Below, one piece after another: positions 37,777 to 47,726 of a DNA stretch of 64,000 bases. The stretch comes from an uncultured Actinomycetota bacterium. Its GTDB lineage: Bacteria > Actinomycetota > Actinomycetes > Mycobacteriales > CADCTP01. Within the stretch, counting starts at the first letter, position 1, and every line of letters begins with the position of its first letter. The translations under genes were made by a program, and so were the position numbers. The notes beneath the pieces are model-generated. The model had not been told where the DNA came from and made no database searches. It was given only the letters and a program-made list of their open reading frames with translations. The stretch spans positions 170,179 to 234,178 of the forward strand of contig CAWATS010000014.1 of the NCBI GenBank assembly GCA_963785005.1. Reading direction: 5' to 3'.

Positions 37777-38943
37777 GTGGCCGGCACCGGTCTGGACGGG
37801 GTGACGGTGGTGCGGGACGGCGCCACCGCGCTCCGCGACGTCACCCTGTCCGCCGAGGACGGGGAGCTGCTCGCCGTGCTCGGCCCGTCCGGCTGCGGCA
37901 AGTCCACCCTGCTGCGGGTGATCGCGGGTCTCACCCCGGTGCGCACCGGCGAGGTCTACATCGGCGGCCGGAGGGTGACCGCGGTGCCGACCCAGCAGCG
38001 CGGTGTCGCCATGGTCTTCGAGTCCACCACGCTGGTGCCCTTCCTCGACGTCGCGCACAACCTGGGCTGGGGGCTGCGGGCCCGGCACACGCCGGAGGCC
38101 GAGGTGTCCGAGCGGGTGGCCGGACGGGCCCGGCAGCTGCGGCTGAGCGGGCTGCTGTCGCGGATGCCGAACGCGCTGTCCGCGGGCGAGCGCGGCGTCG
38201 TCGGGGTCGGCCGGGCGCTGGTGCGGGCGCCGGACGTCTTCCTGCTCGACGAGCCGCTCGCGCACCTCGACGCCACCCAACGGCTCTCGGTACGCCGCCA
38301 GATCGTCGAGGTGGTCAGGTCCCTCGGCGTCACCACGTTCTACGTCACCCACGACCCGGTCGAGGCGCTGGCGGTGGCCGACCGGGTCGCGCTGATGAAC
38401 GACGGCGTCCTCGTCCAGGTCGGCACGCCGCGGGAGGTCTACCGGGAGCCGGCGGACCTGTTCGTGGCCGGGTTCGTCGGCTTCCCACCGCCCGGCCTGC
38501 TGGCCGCGCGGCTGGTGGTGGACGCCGGCGCGGCCGGCTTCCAGGTCGGCGCCCGCACGCTGCCGCTGTGGGCACCGGTCCCGCCCGAGCTGCGCGACCG
38601 GATCGGCGGTGAGGTGGTGCTCGCCCTGCGCGCGCAGGACGTCGGCGACGCGTCCCGGCCGTACGACCCGGCGCTGGTGACGCTGGCCGGCACGGTGATC
38701 CGCAGCGAGTTCACCGGCCCGCACCGGGTCGTGGCGATCGCCGTGGACGGGCCGGCGGTGACCGCGCCGGGCGCCGAGTTCTCCGTGGGCGGCGGCCCGG
38801 GCTCGCTGCTGCGGGCGCTCCTCCCGCCGCGCACCGACGTGCGGCTCGGCGACTCGGTCCGGGTCGCCGTCGACGCCACCCGGGCGCACGTCTTCGACCC
38901 GGCGACCGGGCGGGCGCTGTGGCACCCGCCGGAGGACGACTGA
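37777..38943 (+). CDS. MalK/MsiK-like ABC ATP-binding protein
   Basis: GPSGCGKS, degenerate signature LSAGE, LLDEPL, YVTHD, FVAGFVG, C-terminal TOBE (HVFDPATG). Confidence 0.92.
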   Translation: MAGTGLDGVTVVRDGATALRDVTLSAEDGELLAVLGPSGCGKSTLLRVIAGLTPVRTGEVYIGGRRVTAVPTQQRGVAMVFESTTLVPFLDVAHNLGWGLRARHTPEAEVSERVAGRARQLRLSGLLSRMPNALSAGERGVVGVGRALVRAPDVFLLDEPLAHLDATQRLSVRRQIVEVVRSLGVTTFYVTHDPVEALAVADRVALMNDGVLVQVGTPREVYREPADLFVAGFVGFPPPGLLAARLVVDAGAAGFQVGARTLPLWAPVPPELRDRIGGEVVLALRAQDVGDASRPYDPALVTLAGTVIRSEFTGPHRVVAIAVDGPAVTAPGAEFSVGGGPGSLLRALLPPRTDVRLGDSVRVAVDATRAHVFDPATGRALWHPPEDD

Positions 38944-38955
38944 GCGCGCCGGCGC

Positions 38956-40596
38956 TCAGTGCCCGCGGAAGGCCTCCTCCAGCCACCACGCGCCGCCGCG
39001 CGCGGTGACCTTCGCGTCCACCACCACCGGCGTGTCCCGCGGACCGTCCAGCCAGGCCGAGACCGCCGTCAGGTCCGCCGGCTTGCGGACGGTCACGCCG
39101 GTGCAGCCGAAGCCGCGGCCGATGGCGGCGATGTCGGTGTCCGGGAAGCGCACGGTGTCCAGCGGGTGGCCGTCGGGCCCGAAGTGGTGCACCTCCGCGC
39201 CGTACGCGGCGTCGTCGTAGACCACCACCACCATCGGGATGCCGAGCCGGACCACCGTGTCCAGCTCGGCGATGCCCATCAGCGCGCCGCCGTCCCCGAG
39301 GGCCGCGACCGGCAGCCGGTCCGGCCGGGCCAGCGCGGCGCCGGTCGCCGTCGCCAGCCCGAGGCCGATCGACTGGAACGCCTGGGTGAAGCAGAAGCCG
39401 TGCTCGTCCGGCACGGACAGGTACGCGCTGGGGTAGCCCATGAAGTTGCCGGAGTCGACGGCGACCACCCGCTGCGCGGGCAGCAGGTCGTCCAGCGCGA
39501 TCGACAGCGTCCGCGGGTCGATCCGGTCGCCGTCGGAGTCGTCGTCGTACGGCACGTCCCGCCAGCGGACGCCGGCCGCGAGCCGCGCCCGCAGCGGTGC
39601 CGTGCGGTATCCGGTCGCGGTGTGCCCGCGGGCGGCCAGCTCCGCGGCGACGTCCGCGGCCGCCTGCGCGGTGTCGCCGACGATCCCGAGCCGCACCGGC
39701 TGGTTCGCCCCGAGCGCGTCGGGGTCGAGGTCGACCTGCGCCACCGCGGCGTCCGGGCCGACGAGCCGGCCGTGCCGCAGCGTCCACATGTTCAGCGCGC
39801 AGCCCCAGCCGACCAGCACGTCGGCCCCGGCGACCAGCTCGGCGGCGAGCGGCGAGGAGAACCCGCCGGAGACGTCGAGCGACCACGGGTGCCCGTGGAA
39901 GAGCCCGCGCGCCACCGCCGAGGTGGCCAGCAGCGCGCCGCACCGCTCGGCCAGCCCGGCGATCTGGCGGCCCGCGTGCCGGGCACCGCGGCCGGCGAGG
40001 AAGACCGGCCGGCGGGCGCCGGCGAGCAGGTCGGCCAGCTCGGAGACCGCCGTCGCGGCCGGGCGGGGCAGGGCCGGCACGGTGACCGCCGGTGCCGGAC
40101 CGGGCTCCGTCTCGGCGGCCTGGACGTCGAGCGGAAGGTTCAGCAGCACGGTCCGGCGCTCCACCACGGCCCGCCGGTACGCGCGGAGCGTGTCCTCGAC
40201 CGCCGAGGCCGGTGCGGACACCCGCTCCGGCACCGCGCCGACCGCGGCGGCCAGGGCCGGCTGGTCGACCCGGAAGTTGGACCGCACCGCGCCGGCCGCC
40301 GTCTCCGCGGCCAGCACGACCAGCGGCGTGCGGCTCTTCGCCGCCTCGGTGATGCCGGTCATGGCGTTGGTCAGCCCGCAGCCCTGGTGCACGGACAGCA
40401 CCCCGACCCGCCCGCTGACCCGCGCGTACGCGTCCGCCATGGTGGCCGCGCCGCCCTCGTGCCGGGTCGCGACGAACCGGGCGCCACCGGCGACCAGCGC
40501 GTTCGTCACGTGGAAGTTGCCGCTGCCGACCACGCCGAAGACGTGCCCGACGCCGAGCCCGGCGAGGGTCCGGCCGACTGCCTCGGCGACCAGCAT
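38956..40596 (-). CDS. Thiamine-diphosphate-dependent enzyme (acetolactate synthase/decarboxylase family)
   Basis: TRHEGGAATMADAYAR, GDGGALM...YDDAAYG ThDP motif. Confidence 0.93.
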   Translation of the reverse strand: MLVAEAVGRTLAGLGVGHVFGVVGSGNFHVTNALVAGGARFVATRHEGGAATMADAYARVSGRVGVLSVHQGCGLTNAMTGITEAAKSRTPLVVLAAETAAGAVRSNFRVDQPALAAAVGAVPERVSAPASAVEDTLRAYRRAVVERRTVLLNLPLDVQAAETEPGPAPAVTVPALPRPAATAVSELADLLAGARRPVFLAGRGARHAGRQIAGLAERCGALLATSAVARGLFHGHPWSLDVSGGFSSPLAAELVAGADVLVGWGCALNMWTLRHGRLVGPDAAVAQVDLDPDALGANQPVRLGIVGDTAQAAADVAAELAARGHTATGYRTAPLRARLAAGVRWRDVPYDDDSDGDRIDPRTLSIALDDLLPAQRVVAVDSGNFMGYPSAYLSVPDEHGFCFTQAFQSIGLGLATATGAALARPDRLPVAALGDGGALMGIAELDTVVRLGIPMVVVVYDDAAYGAEVHHFGPDGHPLDTVRFPDTDIAAIGRGFGCTGVTVRKPADLTAVSAWLDGPRDTPVVVDAKVTARGGAWWLEEAFRGH

Positions 40597-40597
40597 C

Positions 40598-41371
40598 TCA
40601 GCGCTCGACCAGGGCGAGCACCCGCGCCGGGCTGCCCGAGCCGCCCGCGATCGGCAGCGGCGCCGCGACCAGGACCGCCCCGGTCGGCGGCAGCAGCGCG
40701 AGGTTCTGCAGCTGGGTCAGGCCGTACTTGCCGGCGCCGAGCAGGAAGGTGTGGCAGGGGAACGGCGGGTCGAAGGAGTGCGCGGCGCCGGCGTCGGTGC
40801 CGACCGTCTCCACCCCGACGCCCTGCACCGGCGCCTCCTCGGCGAGCCAGCGGGCACACTCGACGGACATGCCGGGGGTGTGCGGGCCGTCCTCGCCGGC
40901 GTTCAGGAACTCCGCCTGGTCGTGCGAGCGGCGGTCCCAGCCGGTCCGGTAGAGCAGCCAGCCGCCGGCCGGCAGCGGGCCGTGCTCGGACTCCCAGGCC
41001 CGCACGTGCTCGATCTCGAGCAGGAAGTCCGGGTCCGCGGCGGCCGGCCCGGTGCAGTCGAGCACGGCGGCGGGCGCGACCAGCCGCCGCACCGGCACCT
41101 GGGACACGTCCTCGCCGTCCTTCGCGGTCACCCAGTGCACCGGCGCGTCGAAGTGGGTGCCGGTGTGCTCGCCGGTGGAGATGTTGTTCCAGTACCACGC
41201 CGGCCCGCGCTCGTCGTACCGGCTGATCTCCTCGAGCTGGAAGGTCCGGGTGTTTCCGAACGGCTCCGGCAGCCGCAGGATCGGGGTGGTGGCCTCCAGC
41301 GGCGCGGTCAGGTCGATGACCTCGACCCGGCCGCCGGCGACGGCGGCGAGCAGCTCCTGCAGCACTGGCAT
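40598..41371 (-). CDS. Cyclase family metal hydrolase, isatin-hydrolase-like
   Basis: GEHTGTHFDAPVHW (HxGTHxDAPxH), TPILRLP, ISRYDERGP, ADPDFLL, GPHTPG, GTDAG, GSGSPARVLALV. As recalled, closer to isatin hydrolase than to KynB. Confidence 0.88.
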   Translation of the reverse strand: MPVLQELLAAVAGGRVEVIDLTAPLEATTPILRLPEPFGNTRTFQLEEISRYDERGPAWYWNNISTGEHTGTHFDAPVHWVTAKDGEDVSQVPVRRLVAPAAVLDCTGPAAADPDFLLEIEHVRAWESEHGPLPAGGWLLYRTGWDRRSHDQAEFLNAGEDGPHTPGMSVECARWLAEEAPVQGVGVETVGTDAGAAHSFDPPFPCHTFLLGAGKYGLTQLQNLALLPPTGAVLVAAPLPIAGGSGSPARVLALVER

Positions 41372-41380
41372 CGTCTCTCC

Positions 41381-43780
41381 TCAGGGGTTGGCGGGCGGCC
41401 GCCAGCGGGCGTGGCGCGTGCCTTGCGTCCCGCTCCGGATCAGCTGCAGCCGCGGCTTGGGGCCGTCGGTGCGGCCGGTCGGCGGCCGGCGGCTGCCCGC
41501 CTGGAACGGCAGCGGCCAGCGGACGCCGGGCCCCCGGTAGTCCTGCTCGGCCGCCGCGTGCAGAGTCCACTGTGGATCGTAGAGGTGCGCCCGGCCGAGC
41601 GCGCAGAGGTCGGCCCGCCCGGCCAGGATGACCGAGTTGACGTCGTCCCATGAGGACAGTGCGCCGACGGCGATGACGGCGAGGTCGAAGAAGCGGGCCA
41701 CCTCGTTGCGGATCCGGTCGGCGAAGGGCATCTGGTACGACCGGCCGAAGGACGGCCGTTCCTCCTTGACCACCTGACCGGTCGACACGTCGACGGCGTC
41801 CACGCCGTGCTCGGCGAAGGCGCGGGCGATCAGCACCGCCTCGTCCGCGTCCACCCCGCCGTCGTACCAGTCGGTGGCGGAGATGCGGACGCTCATCGGG
41901 CGGTCCGCCGGCCACACCGCGCGGACCGCGTCGAAGACCTCCAGCGGGTAGCGCAGCCGGTTCGGCAACGACCCGCCGTACGAGTCGGTGCGCCGGTTGG
42001 TCAGCGGCGACAGGAAGGACGAGAGCAGGTAGCCGTGCGCGCAGTGCAGCTCGAGCAGGTCGAAGCCGGCCCGAGCGCCCCGCCCGGCGGCGTCGACGAA
42101 CTGGTCCCGGATCGACGCCATCTCGGTGCGGGAGAGCTCCCGCGGCACCTGGTTGGCGGGGGAGTACGGCAGCGCGGAGGGCCCGCAGACCTCCCAGTTC
42201 CCGTCCGGCAGCGGCTCGTCGATGGCCTCCCACATCAGCTGGGTGGACCCCTTGCGGCCGGAGTGGCCGAGCTGCAGGCCGATCGCGGCGGCGGAGCTGC
42301 CGTGCACGAACTCGACGATCCGCCGGTACGCGGCCTCCTGCTCGTCGCTGTAGAGGCCGGTGCAGCCCGGGGTGATCCGCCCGGTGGGGGAGACGCAGAC
42401 CATCTCGGTCATCACCAGCCCGGCCCCGCCGAGCGCCTTGCCGCCGAGGTGGACGAGGTGGAAGTCGGTCGGGTCGCCGTCCACCGCGGAGTACATGTCC
42501 ATCGGCGAGACGACCACCCGGTTGGCCAGCTCCAGCCCCCGCAGCCGCAGCGGCTGGAACATCGGCGGGGCGTCGGTCGCCTGTGGACTGCCGGCACGCT
42601 CGGCCGCGGCCCGGGCGAACCAGCCGTCCACGCCGGCCACGAACTCAGGGTCCCGCAGCCGCAGGTTGTCGTGGGTCACCCGGCGGCTGCGGGTCAGCAG
42701 GTTGAAGGCGAACTGCGGCGGCTCCTGGTGCACGTACTGCCCGAGGTTCTCGAACCACTCCAGGCTGGCCTGCGCCGCGCGCTGGGTGGACAGCACCACC
42801 GGCCGCCGCTCCGCGTCGTACGCGGCCAGCGCGCGGTCGACCGTCGGGTGCTCGTGCAGGCTGGCGGCGAGCGCCAGCGCGTCCTCCATCGCCAGCTTGG
42901 TCCCGGAGCCGATGGAGAAGTGCGCGGTGTGCGCGGCGTCGCCGAGCAGCACGACGTTGCCGTGCCGCCAGGACTCGCAGCGCACCGTGGTGAAGGTGAT
43001 CCAGCGGGAGTTGTTCGCCAGCAGCGGGTGCCCGTCGAGCAGGTCGCCGAGCAGCTCGCCGATCCCGGCGACCGACTCGGAGTCGCTCTCGCCGGGCGCG
43101 AAGACCCGCGCCGCCGAGCGGTCGAAGCCGGCCCGCCGCCACACCGAGTCGTGCATCTCCACGATGAACGTGCTGCCACCCGCGTCGTACGGGTACGCGT
43201 GCACCTGCACCACCCCGTACGGGGTCCGCCGGACGTCGAAGGTGAACGCCTCGAAGACCTTGGTGGTGCCGAGCCACATGTACTTCGAGCGCCGCACGTC
43301 CAGGACCGGGCGGAAGCTGTCGGCGTACTTCGAGCGGGTCGCCGAGTTCAGCCCGTCCCCGGCCACCACCAGCTCGTGCGTGCGGCTCAGCTCGTCCGGG
43401 TCGGGAGCCTCGGCTCCGAAGTGGACGATGACGCCGAGCGCCCGGCAGCGCTCCTGCAGGATCCGCAGCAGCCGGCGCCGGCTCATCGCGGCGAAGCCGT
43501 GGCCGCCGGAGGTGAGCACCGGACCGGCCGGCCGGTCGTCCGGCCGGTAGTGGATGTCGATGTCGTCCCAGCGCGCGAACTCCCGCTCCATCGCGGCGTA
43601 GACGGCCCGGTCCGCGTGCTCGATGCCGCCGACCGTCTCGTCCGAGAAGACCACCCCGAAGCCGAACGTGTCGTCCGCGGCGTTGCGCTCCCACACGGTG
43701 ATCTCGTGCCCGCCCAGCTGCCGGGCGAGCAGCGCGAAGTACAGCCCGCCCGGACCGCCGCCGACGACCGCGATGCGCAC
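41381..43780 (-). CDS. Bifunctional anthraniloyl-CoA/salicylyl-CoA monooxygenase-reductase (AbmA type)
   Basis: IAVVGGGPGGLY, DTFGFGVVFSDET, LGDAAHTAHFSIGSGTKLAMED. C-terminal OYE domain NRVVVSPM, ELHCAHGYLLSSFLSPLTN. Confidence 0.94.
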   Translation of the reverse strand: MRIAVVGGGPGGLYFALLARQLGGHEITVWERNAADDTFGFGVVFSDETVGGIEHADRAVYAAMEREFARWDDIDIHYRPDDRPAGPVLTSGGHGFAAMSRRRLLRILQERCRALGVIVHFGAEAPDPDELSRTHELVVAGDGLNSATRSKYADSFRPVLDVRRSKYMWLGTTKVFEAFTFDVRRTPYGVVQVHAYPYDAGGSTFIVEMHDSVWRRAGFDRSAARVFAPGESDSESVAGIGELLGDLLDGHPLLANNSRWITFTTVRCESWRHGNVVLLGDAAHTAHFSIGSGTKLAMEDALALAASLHEHPTVDRALAAYDAERRPVVLSTQRAAQASLEWFENLGQYVHQEPPQFAFNLLTRSRRVTHDNLRLRDPEFVAGVDGWFARAAAERAGSPQATDAPPMFQPLRLRGLELANRVVVSPMDMYSAVDGDPTDFHLVHLGGKALGGAGLVMTEMVCVSPTGRITPGCTGLYSDEQEAAYRRIVEFVHGSSAAAIGLQLGHSGRKGSTQLMWEAIDEPLPDGNWEVCGPSALPYSPANQVPRELSRTEMASIRDQFVDAAGRGARAGFDLLELHCAHGYLLSSFLSPLTNRRTDSYGGSLPNRLRYPLEVFDAVRAVWPADRPMSVRISATDWYDGGVDADEAVLIARAFAEHGVDAVDVSTGQVVKEERPSFGRSYQMPFADRIRNEVARFFDLAVIAVGALSSWDDVNSVILAGRADLCALGRAHLYDPQWTLHAAAEQDYRGPGVRWPLPFQAGSRRPPTGRTDGPKPRLQLIRSGTQGTRHARWRPPANP

Positions 43781-43782
43781 GG

Positions 43783-45450
43783 CTACCGCTGCCGGGCCAG
43801 CTCGCGCAGCTTGAACCGCTGCAGCTTCCCGGTCGGGGTGTGCGGCAGCTCGGCGACGAACTCGACCACCCTCGGATACTTGTACGGCGCGATCTCGCGC
43901 TTGCAGAACTCCTGCAGCGCGGCGGCCGTCGCCGCGTCGCCGGCCACGCCGGCACGCAGCACGACGTAGGCGGCGACCACCTCGCCGCGCGCCACGTCCG
44001 GCATCCCCACCACACCGCACTCCACCACGTCGACGTGGCGGAGCAGAGCGTTCTCCACCTCGGGTCCGGCGATGTTGTAGCCCGCGGAGACGATCATGTC
44101 GTCGCTGCGCGCGAGGTACCAGAAGTAGCCGTCCTCGTCGCGCCGGTAGGTGTCGCCGGTGACGTTCCAGCCGCCCTGGACGTACGCCTGCTGCCGCGGG
44201 TCGGCGAGGTAGCGGCACCCGGTCGGGCCGCGCACGGCGAGCCGACCGGCGACCCCGTCCGGCACCGGCCGCCCGGCCGGGTCGAGGACGGCTGCCTCGT
44301 AGCCGGGCACCGGGCGGCCGGTCGACCCGGGCCGGATCTCGTCGTCCGCCGAGCCGATGAAGATGTGCAGCAGCTCGGTCGAGCCGATCCCGTCGATGAT
44401 CCGCAGTCCGGTCGCCTCGTGGAAGCGATCCCAGACCGCGCGGGGGAGGGTCTCGCCGGCGGACACGCAGCGGCGCAGGCTGCGCAGCGCCGGCGCCCTG
44501 CCGGCCGCCACCATCGCCCGGTACGCGGTCGGCGCGGTGGACAGCACGGTGGCGCCGTGCTCGGCGATCGCGTCCGCGAGCAGCTCCGGCGTCGCCCGCT
44601 CCAGCAGCAGGCTCGCCGCGCCGGCGCGCAGCGGGAAGATCAGCAGCGCGCCCAGCCCGAAGGTGAACGCCAGCGGCGGGGTGCCGACGAACAGGTCGTC
44701 CGCCGTCGGCTTCAGCACGTGCGCGGAGAACGTGTCCGCGACCGCGAGCACGTCGCGGTGGAAGTGCATGGTCGCCTTCGGCTGGCCGGTGGTGCCGGAG
44801 GTGAAGGCGAGCAGCACCACGTCGTCGGCGGCCGTCTGGACGGCCGGGAACGGCTCGCGGTGCGCGGCGGCCCGGGCCGTCAGGTCGTCGTCGGCCGCGC
44901 CGCCGTAGAGCACCGTGCGCAGGCCGGGGATCTCGGCCGCCGCCAGGTCGTCGGCGAACCGGGCGTCGCACAGCGCGAGCCGGGGCCGCGCGATGGCGGC
45001 GATGGTCCGCAGCTCGCCCGCGCGGAGCATCGGCATCGTCGTCACCGCGACGCCGCCGGCCTTGACCACCCCGAACCAGCAGGCCAGCAGCCACGGCGCG
45101 TTCGGCCCGCGGATCAGCACCCGCTCGCCGGCGACCAGCCCGAGCTCGTCGACGAGCACCCGCGCGATCCCGTCCGCCCGCTCGCGCAGCTGCCCGTACG
45201 ACCACTCGCCGCCCGGCCAGACCAGGCAGCGGCGGTCCGGGCCGCGCTCGGCGATCGTCGCGTCGAGCAGCGCCTCCGCGCAGTTGAGCCGCGCCGGGTA
45301 GCCCAGCTCGGGGAGAGTGAACAGGAACTCGGGCCACTGCTCCGGCGGCGGGAGCGAGTCCCGGCAGAAGGTGTCGACATGGGCCGACGGGCTCAGCTCG
45401 ACCCGGCCAGGCTGCGCGAGGCCCAACGGCGCAGGTTGCGCGGCATCCAT
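43783..45450 (-). CDS. 2-aminobenzoate-CoA ligase-like AMP-binding enzyme
   Basis: SAHVDTFCRDSLPP, FTSGTTGQPKATMHFHRD, PPLAFTFGLG, IDGIGSTE, APYKYPR, TGKLQRF. Confidence 0.93.
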   Translation of the reverse strand: MDAAQPAPLGLAQPGRVELSPSAHVDTFCRDSLPPPEQWPEFLFTLPELGYPARLNCAEALLDATIAERGPDRRCLVWPGGEWSYGQLRERADGIARVLVDELGLVAGERVLIRGPNAPWLLACWFGVVKAGGVAVTTMPMLRAGELRTIAAIARPRLALCDARFADDLAAAEIPGLRTVLYGGAADDDLTARAAAHREPFPAVQTAADDVVLLAFTSGTTGQPKATMHFHRDVLAVADTFSAHVLKPTADDLFVGTPPLAFTFGLGALLIFPLRAGAASLLLERATPELLADAIAEHGATVLSTAPTAYRAMVAAGRAPALRSLRRCVSAGETLPRAVWDRFHEATGLRIIDGIGSTELLHIFIGSADDEIRPGSTGRPVPGYEAAVLDPAGRPVPDGVAGRLAVRGPTGCRYLADPRQQAYVQGGWNVTGDTYRRDEDGYFWYLARSDDMIVSAGYNIAGPEVENALLRHVDVVECGVVGMPDVARGEVVAAYVVLRAGVAGDAATAAALQEFCKREIAPYKYPRVVEFVAELPHTPTGKLQRFKLRELARQR

Positions 45451-45509
45451 GGCGCGCACCCCCTCTCGATGCGGCCAGTATGCCGAGCGCGGCCGGCCGC
45501 TGGCGACGC

Positions 45510-45902
45510 TCAGGGCAGCACGGCCCAGCCCTGGACCTCGACCAGCGCCGCCGCGTCCCACAGCCGGGCGACTCCGATGCCGGCCATCGCGGGGTAGTCG
45601 CGGCCGACCAGCCGCCGCCAGACCGCACCGATGTCCCGGGCGCGGCGGCGGTAGTCGTCCATGTCCACGATGTAGACGGTCAGCGACGCCAGCTGCTGCG
45701 GCGTGCCGCCGGCGGCGGCGAGGGCGGCCAGCAGGTTGCCGAGCGCCCGCTCGAACTGCTCGACGACGTCGCCGCCGACCAGCCTGCCGTCCGCGTCCAG
45801 CGCGGTCTGCCCGGCGAGGAAGACCAGGCGGGAGCCTTCGGCGACGACCGCGTGCGAGAAGCCGGACGGCCGCGCCAGCCCCTCGGGGTTGATCCGCTGC
45901 AC
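45510..45902 (-). CDS. RidA/YjgF family enamine deaminase
   Basis: PSGFSHAV, FLAGQTA, YPAMAGIGV..LVEVQGWAV. Confidence 0.92.
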   Translation of the reverse strand: MQRINPEGLARPSGFSHAVVAEGSRLVFLAGQTALDADGRLVGGDVVEQFERALGNLLAALAAAGGTPQQLASLTVYIVDMDDYRRRARDIGAVWRRLVGRDYPAMAGIGVARLWDAAALVEVQGWAVLP

Positions 45903-45950
45903 GCGGCGACCTTGTCAAGGCACGGCGACGGCGGTCAACATCCTTGGTCC

Positions 45951-46758
45951 ATGAGCCAGTGGCTGGAGGACCTCACCGACGTCCGGTACGCGGTCACCGA
46001 CGGCTGCGCCGTCGTGACCATCGACCGGCCCGACCGGATGAACGCCTTCCGCGGCCGCACGGTCGACGAGCTGATCAGCGCGTTCAAGCACGCCTGGGCG
46101 GACCCGGCGGTGGCCTGCGTGGTGCTGACCGGCGCCGGTGAGCGCGCGTTCTGCGCCGGCGGCGACGTCAAGGAGCGCGCCGAGACCGGCGGCTACGGCG
46201 AGACCGAGTGGGGGACCTTCGAGATCGAGCGGCTGCACCGGATCATCCGGGACGTCCCCAAGCCGGTGATCGCCGCGGTCAACGGCGTCGCGATCGGCGG
46301 CGGGCACGTGCTGCACGTGCTGTGCGACCTCACCGTCGCGGCAGCGCACGCGCCGCTTCGGCCAGTCGGGGCCCCGGGTCGGGTCCTTCGACGCCGGCTT
46401 CGGCTCGGCGTACCTGGCCCGGGTGGTGGGGGAGAAGCGGGCGCGGCAGCTGTGGTTCCTGCTGGACACGATCGACGCGCAGACCGCCGAGCGGTGGGGG
46501 CTGGTCAACGCCGTCGTGCCGGCCGAGGAGGTGCTGCCGACCGCGCTCGGGTGGGGCCGCCGCATCGGCGGCTACTCGCCGACGGCGCTGCGGTTCCTCA
46601 AGCACTCGTTCAACGCGGACACCGACCACCTCGGCGGGCTGTCCCACCTCGCCTTCGACGGGCTGGAGCTGTTCTCGCGCACCGAGGAGGGGATGGAGGG
46701 CGCCCGCGCCTTCGCCGAGCGGCGGGATCCCGACTTCTCCCGCTTCCGCCGGCCCTGA
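45951..46758 (+). CDS. Crotonase family enzyme (MenB/BadI-like), frameshift near 46350
   Basis: DRPDRMNAFR, AFCAGGD, PKPVIAAVNGVAIGGGHVLHVLCDLT. Second frame: FGQSGPRVGSFDAGFG, GEKRAR, EGARAFAERRDPDF. Confidence 0.9.
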
Positions 46759-46916
46759 CCCGCCGGACCGTCCGGACCGCCCCGGAGCAGATGGTGTGCG
46801 CCGGCGGCTGCGGGAGCATACTGGTGCTGCCGTCGATATTCCGCGCATCGTCATGCAGGGCGGTGTCGTCTTCGGTTCTCGATGAACCGGGCTCACCCCT
46901 GGATTGGCCGTGCGCC

Positions 46917-47699
46917 ATGACCGGCCTCGCCGGATCCACGCAGACGAGCCACGCTCCGGTCGACCTGGTCGAGGCGTTCGGCATGCTGCAGTCGCTGCTG
47001 CTGACCGTGCAGAGCGTCGACGACTTCCTGACCGAGTTGGCGAAGCTCTCTGCCGACGTCGTGCGGCCCCCGGGGTCGTGCGGCATCACCGTCCGCCGGG
47101 ACGGGCGCCCGCTCACCGTCGCCAGCAGCGACGAGCGGGCGGAGCGGCTCGACGAGGTGCAGTACGCCGGCGGGCACGGTCCCTGCCTGGAGACGCTGGA
47201 GACCGGCGCCGTGATCGACGTCCCGGACCTCGCCGCCGACACCCGCTGGGAGGACTACCGCCCGCATGCGCTGAAGCAGGGGGTGCGCTCGTCGGTGTCG
47301 ATCCCGCTGACGGTGGACGGCGGCACCGTCGGGGCCCTGAACCTCTACGGCTTCAGCCCGCACGCCTTCGACGCCTCGGCCCGCCAGCAGACCGAGATCT
47401 TCGCCTCGCAGGCCGCCGCCGCGCTCACGCTGGTCCTGCGCAACGCGACCCTCGCCGAGAACAGCCAGCAACTGGAGCGGGCGTTGACCTCCCGCACCGT
47501 CATCGACCAGGCGCTCGGCATCCTGATGGCACAGCAGCGCTGCACCGCCGACGAGGCGTTCGCGCTGCTGCGCGCGCACTCCCAGAACAACAACCGCAAG
47601 CTGCGCGACCTCGCCGCCGAGCTGGTCACCCGGGTCAGCGGCCAGGCACCCGTCCCCGGCCGCGGCTTCGACAACCAGCACCCGCCGGTGGTCGGCTGA
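46917..47699 (+). CDS. GAF + ANTAR domain regulator
   Basis: LDEVQY..GPCL, GALNLY, and ANTAR ALTSRTVIDQALGILMAQQRCTADEAFALLRAHSQNNNRKL. Confidence 0.93.
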   Translation: MTGLAGSTQTSHAPVDLVEAFGMLQSLLLTVQSVDDFLTELAKLSADVVRPPGSCGITVRRDGRPLTVASSDERAERLDEVQYAGGHGPCLETLETGAVIDVPDLAADTRWEDYRPHALKQGVRSSVSIPLTVDGGTVGALNLYGFSPHAFDASARQQTEIFASQAAAALTLVLRNATLAENSQQLERALTSRTVIDQALGILMAQQRCTADEAFALLRAHSQNNNRKLRDLAAELVTRVSGQAPVPGRGFDNQHPPVVG

Positions 47700-47726
47700 C
47701 CCGCGGGGACGTGCCACCATCGGCAG

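Noticed and set aside
45480-47699. Crotonase-GAF-ANTAR fusion implied by the 739-aa ORF
   Set aside because: A frameshift near 46350 moves the crotonase out of its frame. Its true C-terminus ends at 46758, and the ANTAR gene starts separately at 46917.
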